In this document: in pieces, positions 1 through 7,437 of the stretch | Layout of the letters: the number at the start of each line of letters is the position of its first letter | How positions within the stretch are numbered: the stretch's first letter is position 1 | From: an uncultured virus (IMG/VR IMGVR_UViG_3300031759_000012) | Taxonomy: Duplodnaviria; Heunggongvirae; Uroviricota; Caudoviricetes | Virus record (IMG/VR): IMGVR_UViG_3300031759_000012 | Reading direction: 5' to 3' (one strand) | DNA length: 20,000 nucleotides | Notes under the pieces: generated by a model | Databases searched by the model: none | What the model was told of the DNA's origin: nothing | What the model saw: only the letters and a program-made list of their open reading frames with translations | Translations under genes and position numbers: made by a program

Positions 1-176
1 ATGCTGTTTATTTTGAATCTCCAGATGATCCTCGCATACAAGAATATGCAAATAAATTTGAAACAGCCGATTTCAAAAGTCTAGAACCAGAAAATTATCA
101 AATGTATCTTTACAATTATGTTTTTTGGTATTCAAATGGTGGCAAAGATAGAATGGAAGCTAAAGCAAAACAATGA
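1..176 (+). CDS. 3' end of a hypothetical protein, partial (begins before the window)
   Basis: Frame 3 is open from position 3 (AVYFESPDDPRIQEY...DRMEAKAKQ) to TGA at 174-176, which overlaps the next ATG (ATGA). Confidence 0.75.
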   Translation, partial: AVYFESPDDPRIQEYANKFETADFKSLEPENYQMYLYNYVFWYSNGGKDRMEAKAKQ

Positions 177-1000
177 AAATTTTTATTACCGGCTCTAACG
201 GATTCATTGGAAAAAATTTGTGCGAATTCTATGCAGATAATGAGGTATACAGATATACTCGCGGAAATTTAAAATTAGAGTTATCTACCTTTTTACCAGA
301 TGTAATAATACATTGTGCCGCTGAAATCTATAAATCTGATTTAATGATGGACACTAATGTATTACTAACACAAGAGATTTTGGATTGGTTGCGCACGCAT
401 ACACAAACTAAGATGATACACATAGGGTCTAGTTCTGAATATGGGCCAAGTTCAATTGCAAGTTCAGAGCAGCATAGAATCAACCCTATAGACATGTATC
501 AAGCTACAAAAGGCATGGCAACTTTACTATGTCAGGGTTACGCTAGAACGTATGCATTGGATATCAAAATTGCTAGACCCTACAGTGTTTACGGAAGATA
601 TGAGAAACCGCATAGACTATTTCCTAGACTGTGGCGTGCATTTCAATTAGATGAGTCGATGACCTTATACAACGGAGTGCATGATTTCATTTACATTAAT
701 GACTTTATAGATGGTATTAATATTTTACTTCATGTAGATAAAACTAATTCAGGTGATATTATAAACTTTGGATCCGGTAAGCAATATAGTAATATAGAAG
801 TACTAAAACTATTTGAAACAGTAACCGGAAAAACTGCCCCGATTGAGCATGTATCACGAATGGCAAAGAATTTTGAATCCAATGTATGGTGTTGCGATAC
901 TTCATATGCATCGAAATACTACGGATTTAATTGTAGATACGACTTGATTACAGGTATCAAAGATTTTTTAGAAACAGCTAATTACAAGGATTTAACCTAA
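173..1000 (+). CDS. NAD-dependent nucleotide-sugar epimerase/dehydratase/reductase (extended SDR)
   Basis: ITGSNGFIG Rossmann motif, GSSSEYG, catalytic YQATK (YxxxK), RPYSVYG, DFIYINDF, NFGSG. Confidence 0.92.
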   Translation: MKIFITGSNGFIGKNLCEFYADNEVYRYTRGNLKLELSTFLPDVIIHCAAEIYKSDLMMDTNVLLTQEILDWLRTHTQTKMIHIGSSSEYGPSSIASSEQHRINPIDMYQATKGMATLLCQGYARTYALDIKIARPYSVYGRYEKPHRLFPRLWRAFQLDESMTLYNGVHDFIYINDFIDGINILLHVDKTNSGDIINFGSGKQYSNIEVLKLFETVTGKTAPIEHVSRMAKNFESNVWCCDTSYASKYYGFNCRYDLITGIKDFLETANYKDLT

Positions 1001-1713
1001 TGACAATTTTCCGGCAATTAGTTACTGCTAATAAAGGTGTAGTAACCATAAATTCCGATGATGAACAGTTAATAAAACATTTTAATAATCCTGCAAATTA
1101 TGCCGATGTTGTGCTTGATATGTTTAACAATGACAGGTTTTATGATATATTTTTTGAAGGATGGAATGATATTACTGTTTTAGATATAGGTGGCAACATT
1201 GGGCTGTTTTCTCTTTACATACAAGATATAGCCAAAGATGTGTATACCATTGAACCTACCCCAAGTCATTTTCAACTCCTTAGTCTTCTAACCAAAGATT
1301 ACAAAAACATACACCCTATTAACGCTGCATTACATAATAAAAACGAACCTATTGATTTTTATATTAGTTCTGAGAATAGCACTATGAACAGTAGTGTTAA
1401 CAAGTATGGACAAAAAGTTGCTGTCACAGGCACCACACTTGCTAATTTAATCAACCAACTGGCTCTAACAAAGGTGGATTTTGTAAAATGCGATATAGAA
1501 GGGTCTGAAATGCAAGCATTAACTTATGAAACTGTAAACGAAGTTAAAGATATCGTATCGGTGTGGAGCGTAGAGGTTCATGCCACAGATACAACACTTT
1601 TGCCCGAGATAAGTCTAAATCGCAATCGCGACAATTTAATGCAAATCTTTTCGCAAAATGGTTATAATACAATAAAACATAGATATGATGCACTTTATGC
1701 ATACAAAGGATAA
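1000..1713 (+). CDS. FkbM-family SAM-dependent methyltransferase
   Basis: VLDIGGNIGLFS, IEPTP and VKCDIEGSE motifs; TAATG coupling to the upstream gene. Confidence 0.92.
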   Translation: MTIFRQLVTANKGVVTINSDDEQLIKHFNNPANYADVVLDMFNNDRFYDIFFEGWNDITVLDIGGNIGLFSLYIQDIAKDVYTIEPTPSHFQLLSLLTKDYKNIHPINAALHNKNEPIDFYISSENSTMNSSVNKYGQKVAVTGTTLANLINQLALTKVDFVKCDIEGSEMQALTYETVNEVKDIVSVWSVEVHATDTTLLPEISLNRNRDNLMQIFSQNGYNTIKHRYDALYAYKG

Positions 1714-1714
1714 T

Positions 1715-2323
1715 ATGCACCAGATAGAAAGACGTATTATAGATATAACGTATCAAGAAAAACTAAGTCACTTGAGCAGTGTTTTATCGGCTTGGCCTAT
1801 TATACATGAAATTTATGACGAAAAGGCTAACGACGAAGTTTTTATTCTAAGTAATGGGCATGCTGGTTTAGCATTATATTGCGAATTGGAATATCGTTAC
1901 GGCATTGATCCTATTATGCTATTACATAAACATGGAATACATCCTGGAAAAGACCTTGACAACAAGCTCTATTGCAGCACAGGGAGTCTAGGTAGTGGGC
2001 TGCCGATTGCTGTTGGGCATGCTTTAGCAAATCGTTCTAAAAAGGTTTACTGCATGATATCCGATGGCGAAGCTGCTGAAGGCAGTATATGGGAAAGTTT
2101 GCGTTTTATTAATGTTGCCAAACTGGATAACTTAATAGTATATGTCAACATAAATGGAATGAGCGCATACGAATACTTAGATGTTGGTTATTTGGTTCAA
2201 CGTCTGTTGACATTCCTTCCTAGCATACGTATACGAATTTCTTCGCCGCCTAAATGGAATTTTGCCACGGGCCTTCTAAGTCATTACTATGTCTTAAAAG
2301 AAGAGGATTACAAACGCATATGA
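1715..2323 (+). CDS. Transketolase-like protein, N-terminal ThDP-binding subunit of a split enzyme
   Basis: HLSSVLS, FILSNGHAG, STGSLGSGLPIAVG, SDGEAAEGSIWES...N ThDP motif. Start moved from 1685 to ATG 1715, which follows AAGGA and lies 1 nt after the upstream stop. Confidence 0.9.
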   Translation: MHQIERRIIDITYQEKLSHLSSVLSAWPIIHEIYDEKANDEVFILSNGHAGLALYCELEYRYGIDPIMLLHKHGIHPGKDLDNKLYCSTGSLGSGLPIAVGHALANRSKKVYCMISDGEAAEGSIWESLRFINVAKLDNLIVYVNINGMSAYEYLDVGYLVQRLLTFLPSIRIRISSPPKWNFATGLLSHYYVLKEEDYKRI

Positions 2324-2802
2324 GAAAAGAGTGTATGGAGCTATTGCATGCTTCGATGGCAGATAACCCAAACATATTTGTATTAACTGCAGATTTAGGA
2401 TTTGGTATATTAGACCAAATTAAAGATACATATACAGACCGGTTTTTCAATGTCGGTGCAGCAGAACAACTATTAATTGGTGCAGGTATTGGACTTGCAG
2501 AATCTAAAAAAATTCCCGTTTGTTACTCTATGTCTAGTTTTTTACTATATAGACCTTTTGAAATGTTACGAAACTATGTTAATTATGAAAAAATTCCAGT
2601 CAAATTGATAGGAAGTGGCAGAGATCAAGATTATAATCACGATGGTATAAGTCATTGGGCACATGACGACGAAGCTGTGTTGTCTGTTCTACCTAATATA
2701 AAAATCTTCAAACCAGCGTCTATACGTCAACTAGAAGAATTCTGGCCAGAGTTTATATATGGTGACGGACCAGCGTATCTTAATTTAACGAGGAAAATAT
2801 GA
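2320..2802 (+). CDS. Transketolase-like protein, pyrimidine-binding subunit (lacks the usual C-terminal domain)
   Basis: LTADLGFG, FFNVGAAEQ, GISHWAHDD, GPAYL motifs. Start moved from 2254 to ATG 2320 (GAGGA upstream, ATGA overlap). Confidence 0.9.
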   Translation: MRKECMELLHASMADNPNIFVLTADLGFGILDQIKDTYTDRFFNVGAAEQLLIGAGIGLAESKKIPVCYSMSSFLLYRPFEMLRNYVNYEKIPVKLIGSGRDQDYNHDGISHWAHDDEAVLSVLPNIKIFKPASIRQLEEFWPEFIYGDGPAYLNLTRKI

Positions 2803-3746
2803 CAAAAGTTGTTACAATCACTGGGTGTCTAGGATTTATTGGTAGTTATGTAACAAAAACTTGTCTGGAAAAGGGGTGGCAAGTTTTTGGTGTTGATAGC
2901 CAAACATATGCTGCTAATACAGCCTTACTTGAAGATTTTAACGCCTATAAAAATTTTCGTTACTCATCACAAAACATATGTAATTTGAATAGTTTGTATG
3001 ACTGCGACTATATTATAAACCTAGCAGCAGAAACACATGTTGATAATAGTATTGCATGTAGTGACGAATTTATACGTAGTAATATAGATGGTGTACACAA
3101 TCTACTACGATTGATTCAAAACAAGCACAGGTTTAGAATGCCTACACTTGTGCATTTTAGCACAGACGAAGTTTATGGCGATATAAACGAAGGTAGTCAC
3201 TATGAACACGATCTATTGCTACCTAGCAATCCTTATTCGGCAACCAAAGCTAGCGCCGATATGCTGATTCAAGCATGGCATAGAACTTTTAGAGTTCCAT
3301 ATCTTATAGTACGTCCAACTAACAATTATGGCATCGGACAGTATATTGAGAAGTTCATTCCTAAAACTGTTCAATATCTAACACTAGGGAGAAAAGTACC
3401 ACTGCATGAAAATGGAACACCAAAACGAACTTGGCTACATGCACAGGACACTGCAGATGCGTTGATATTTTTGCTAGAAAAAGATTGTAAGAATGACATC
3501 TTTAATATTTCAGGTAATTACGAAGATAGTAATCTTGCAATTTTTAAAAAAATCTTAGCTTGTTTAGATTACAATCCAGATGAATTTGAAACCTATGCCG
3601 ACTTTTCTGTAAAGCGGCCTGGACAAGATGTTCGTTATAGCATAGATGATACAAAATTAAAGCTTTATGGATGGAATAACAAAAAAGATTTTGATACAGA
3701 ATTACCTGCTATTGTAAACTATCATAAAAATAGGTTTATCTGGTGA
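2799..3746 (+). CDS. rmlB: dTDP-glucose 4,6-dehydratase-like protein
   Basis: ITGCLGFIG, TYAAN, AAETHVDNSI, STDEVYG, YSATKAS, TNNYG, EKFIP and RPGQDVRY are RmlB/RfbB signatures. Confidence 0.9.
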   Translation: MTKVVTITGCLGFIGSYVTKTCLEKGWQVFGVDSQTYAANTALLEDFNAYKNFRYSSQNICNLNSLYDCDYIINLAAETHVDNSIACSDEFIRSNIDGVHNLLRLIQNKHRFRMPTLVHFSTDEVYGDINEGSHYEHDLLLPSNPYSATKASADMLIQAWHRTFRVPYLIVRPTNNYGIGQYIEKFIPKTVQYLTLGRKVPLHENGTPKRTWLHAQDTADALIFLLEKDCKNDIFNISGNYEDSNLAIFKKILACLDYNPDEFETYADFSVKRPGQDVRYSIDDTKLKLYGWNNKKDFDTELPAIVNYHKNRFIW

Positions 3747-4456
3747 ATATAGCTTTACAAATAAGTGGTCGTTTACGTTTTACTGAACGAAGCATATCAA
3801 GTCTAATAGGAGCCATTATTGAACCGCTTCAGCCTGATATTTTTTTTAGTTTTTGGGAACCTAACCATTCGTCTACTTTAACATATTATACAACTGCTCT
3901 TAATCCCTGCTTAGTTGAGATTGAGAAGCAAAATTCAATTAAACCATACCTAGACGATCTGTTTCATTTTAATGTACACAAAAATATGCCAAGCATGAGC
4001 TATAAGTTCTACCGCGTGAGTCAGATTAGAAAGACTTGGGAATTACGCACATCTAAAAAATACGACTTGGTAATTCAAGCACGAAGCGATAACTTGTTTT
4101 TTGAAATGCTAGACTTATCAAGATGCCAGCAAGCATTAGAACAAAACGCTATACTTTGCGCTAATCACGGGTATAATCCAGTAATCGACGATTTTAGTTT
4201 ACATCCGCGAATGGTTGATAATTTTTATATTGGACCAACAAATTGTATTGATATAGCCAATAACACGTTTTGGTCATTGAGATATCAAGCTGAGGAATAT
4301 ACAAAGTTGGGACTATTACACCACGTAAGAATTCCAGAAATTATTCAAACTAAAATCTGGCATGACGCAGGAATAACTATTAGCAGCTTAAATGGATCAG
4401 GTAGCTTGGGTAATTTTTGGTACGATATTGATAGATCAGAAACTAAATGGACTTAA
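3743..4456 (+). CDS. Hypothetical protein of glycan-cluster type, possibly a glycosyltransferase
   Basis: GTGA-coupled start. N-terminal IALQISGRLR and YDLVIQARSD resemble a family often found in viral sugar clusters; function unknown. Confidence 0.6.
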   Translation: MNIALQISGRLRFTERSISSLIGAIIEPLQPDIFFSFWEPNHSSTLTYYTTALNPCLVEIEKQNSIKPYLDDLFHFNVHKNMPSMSYKFYRVSQIRKTWELRTSKKYDLVIQARSDNLFFEMLDLSRCQQALEQNAILCANHGYNPVIDDFSLHPRMVDNFYIGPTNCIDIANNTFWSLRYQAEEYTKLGLLHHVRIPEIIQTKIWHDAGITISSLNGSGSLGNFWYDIDRSETKWT

Positions 4457-4458
4457 AA

Positions 4459-5427
4459 ATGAAATTATTGTTTGTTGTGCATAGATACGGATTTCCAGGG
4501 GGCTCAGAAATTTATGTTCAATCTATGGCGGAAGACGCGTCACGCCGCGGGCATCAAGTCTGCGTTTTCGCCGGCCAACATAAAGGTGACATGAATAATG
4601 TTTCTGTTTCAAATAACTCGGCAATTTTGCATCACGATTGGGATTTAATAATTGTACATGGAGGCGATGTTGCTGTGCAGGATTATGTTCTTGCAAACGC
4701 AGCAGTTATTAAAAGTCCTATATTGTATCTTTTGATTCTACCTAGCAATAGTAAATTGTGTTTACAAGCTTTAGCGGACTGTAACTGGATCGGATGTAGT
4801 ACTGAAGAAGATTGGGAACACTGTTATGCTAATAATGTTGCTCATAAAGCAGTGTCTGTAAGACACGGAATTAATTGGCAAACCTGTTTGGGCAATACTG
4901 GTTTCAAACAAAAATACGGCATTACAGGCAAGATGTTTTTAAGTTGTGGAGGGTATTGGCCAAATAAAGCTATGCATGAACTAGCTACTGTATTTGACAT
5001 TGCAAATGTCAAGGATGCTACATTAGTAACCACAGGCTATGATAATAGAATGAATCTAATGCCGATGCCTACTCCTAATATTATGCCATTATTATTAGAA
5101 GATAGAAGCGAGATGTTGTCGGCCCTTCACGACGCAGACTGTTTGCTAATGCACAGCTATAGCGAAGGTTTTGGACTAGTGTTGCTTGAAGCCATGCTTA
5201 ATCAAACACCCTGGATTGCGCGTAATATAGCAGGTGCCAAGCTACTAAAGCAATATGGCCAAACATATTCCACTGATGGTGAATTGATTTATCGGTTGAG
5301 AACATTTAATAGGGAAGATTTTAATATACGTGCTGCATACGATCATGTATGCAACAATCATATGATATGGAACACTGTAGATGACATAGAACGTGTTGCA
5401 ATAGAGTCAGCGCGGAATAGATATTAG
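4459..5427 (+). CDS. GT-B fold glycosyltransferase, GT4-like
   Basis: N-terminal HRYGFPGGSE and C-terminal SYSEGFGLVLLEAM (Ex7E). Start is ATG 4459 or 4447. Confidence 0.9.
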   Translation: MKLLFVVHRYGFPGGSEIYVQSMAEDASRRGHQVCVFAGQHKGDMNNVSVSNNSAILHHDWDLIIVHGGDVAVQDYVLANAAVIKSPILYLLILPSNSKLCLQALADCNWIGCSTEEDWEHCYANNVAHKAVSVRHGINWQTCLGNTGFKQKYGITGKMFLSCGGYWPNKAMHELATVFDIANVKDATLVTTGYDNRMNLMPMPTPNIMPLLLEDRSEMLSALHDADCLLMHSYSEGFGLVLLEAMLNQTPWIARNIAGAKLLKQYGQTYSTDGELIYRLRTFNREDFNIRAAYDHVCNNHMIWNTVDDIERVAIESARNRY

Positions 5428-5428
5428 T

Positions 5429-6279
5429 ATGGGAACATTAAGTCAAGACTCTATTAATACTCTAGCGCACGTACGTATATCATCTAGATTTAGTTACACG
5501 ACAAATCTTGATCTTGTATTAATGGCCAATCAAGTAACCCTATATCAATTACCACCCGATGTTCTTGCGTAATTCAAACAAATCTGCAAACTCAACCTCA
5601 AGATTGGTATTATAGAACACATCCAGTTAAGTATACTTTAAATACCAGAAGATTCCGCACAATTGAAATTGAACAAATTAATTTCGATAATACCATAGTG
5701 CTTTTAGGAGACAATGCTATTTTTGGAATGGGACTGGACGATTCTGATACGTTAAGCTCACAATTAGAAAAAATTACTGGTATTCAATGCATAAATTTAG
5801 GTTGCTCGGCAACATCAGGGGGTAGTAATAATCTTACCCTTTTAAATGTCAAGGTTTTATTAAGTGAAGTGAAGCCAAAAGCAGTTGTTATCGGGTGGAC
5901 AGACCTTGATAGGTATGCATACAAACACATGTATATACCCACAGGTGCCTGGGTTCCTCTAAGTCCAACTACATTAGGTAATAATCCAACGAAAGATCCT
6001 GTTTTTCAAGCGCATCTTAATGACGGGACTATATTGCAGTTAGCACAACAATCTATTGCCGATGCACAAGATGTAATTACTTCAGCAGGTGTTCCTTGTA
6101 TTCAATGCACATTTAGTGACTATACAAAATGGCCAGCAGCAACATTGCCGCTTCTTAATAGTTTAAAATACTATGCATCAACTGACCTAGCAAGAGATCT
6201 AAAATCCCCAGGCAGGAAAACCATAAGTTTTGCTGCTCAAGATATTGCACAGCAACTAAAAACATTGAACGTATGGTAA
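5429..6279 (+). pseudogene. SGNH/GDSL-fold protein gene broken by a one-base frameshift near 5569; catalytic residues substituted
   Basis: ATG 5429 lies 1 nt after the GT4 stop and reads 47 codons to TAA 5570-5572. The downstream frame is open from 5512 (NLQTQPQDWYYRTHPVKYTLN...IVLLGDNAIFGMG...INLG...VVIGWT...DLARDLKSPG) with no start codon before GTG 5698. Confidence 0.65.
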
Positions 6280-6387
6280 GATTTTTTACAAAATCTCAAA
6301 ATTTCTCTCAATTCCTGTGTTGAAATTATCAGAAATAATACCTGTGTACAGGGTTACCTTACCTTCCGAAAAGTTTTCTGCCACGTC

Positions 6388-7437
6388 TTACTGACCCGGA
6401 CCTCGACCATCCTCGAAGTTTTCGTCTATGTAGTTTTCCCATTCGTCTGGATCGCCTGATAATTTTTGGAATTTTACATCGCCAGTTTCGAACTTTATAT
6501 CAGGTATCTTGCTCCAAGAGTAGCCACCACCTTGTTCGTATACATGATATGGTATGTCAATCTCATAGATACCTTCGTCAAATTTTGCCACAACATATAC
6601 ATGTTGTTCCATGGAACAACTTACTGGTGTGCAGTCTATTCCATTTTGACCTAATATATCACATATTCCATCTGCTATTATATGACAGATGCCTCCGCCA
6701 GCATATGTGTCACGATCTGATTCGTCCCAATCATCATATATTTTTTGTGCTTTGGCCAATATCTGCGGCATAAGGGCTTTTGCTTGATTTACAGAAGGTA
6801 GGTTTTGATTCTCAACATCGTCATGTTCAATATTTTCTCTTACGCTTTTGCTCTTTGTTGGCTCATGGCGTTGTCGTTTTTTTCTAGCAGCGCAATGGGC
6901 ACGCTGGCTAAATCCTCGTGGATGGCTGCAATTGATGCTGCTCTTGTATTTCTTGCTCCAAGTTTCATCTAAAGAACCAGAAGCCTGTTTTGCTTCCCAG
7001 TCTATAAAAGTTTCTGCCAATTTATGACAAAAATCACGTATGGATGGATTGCTAGTTTCTATTATGTTGAAATTGCGCTGTTCTTCAGGCTGTGTAGGAT
7101 CATCATACCCTGCATATACCTTGTGTATATTACTGCGATTAATCAAATCCGTGCAGCTTTCCAGATATCTATCACCCATGCGTTCACTGCAAGGGCTGCA
7201 CGTGGTTATGCAAATGCTGCCATTGGGAATATCACCATGGAGTTGTTCATATTTCATCATAGCACATCTTTCCGCATGATGCCATTTACCACGGATTTTC
7301 ATTCCTGTACTGGAAACAAGCCTATTGTTGGGATCCAATATGGCCGCAGCAACCATGCCGTGTGTATTAGGATCCTGTTGCTGACCCTTAACAACCAGTT
7401 CACATAATTTTACAAGTATGCTATCCAACCGACACAA
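6388..7437 (-). CDS. Multi-module protein: zinc-dependent nucleotide deaminase domain, a short basic Cys/His module and an unknown acidic domain; probably 5'-truncated
   Basis: HAE and TCSPC-x11-C motifs plus VYAGYDDP (RibD/TadA-like deaminase fold), then WSKKYKSSINCSHPRGFSQRAHC, then a GGGICHIIAD...HVYVV domain. Only a TTG start with no SD. Confidence 0.75.
   Translation of the reverse strand: MCRLDSILVKLCELVVKGQQQDPNTHGMVAAAILDPNNRLVSSTGMKIRGKWHHAERCAMMKYEQLHGDIPNGSICITTCSPCSERMGDRYLESCTDLINRSNIHKVYAGYDDPTQPEEQRNFNIIETSNPSIRDFCHKLAETFIDWEAKQASGSLDETWSKKYKSSINCSHPRGFSQRAHCAARKKRQRHEPTKSKSVRENIEHDDVENQNLPSVNQAKALMPQILAKAQKIYDDWDESDRDTYAGGGICHIIADGICDILGQNGIDCTPVSCSMEQHVYVVAKFDEGIYEIDIPYHVYEQGGGYSWSKIPDIKFETGDVKFQKLSGDPDEWENYIDENFEDGRGPGQ

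Noticed and set aside
1715..2802. Transketolase as a pentose-phosphate auxiliary metabolic gene
   Set aside because: Much smaller than housekeeping transketolase, lacks the C-terminal domain and is embedded among nucleotide-sugar genes.
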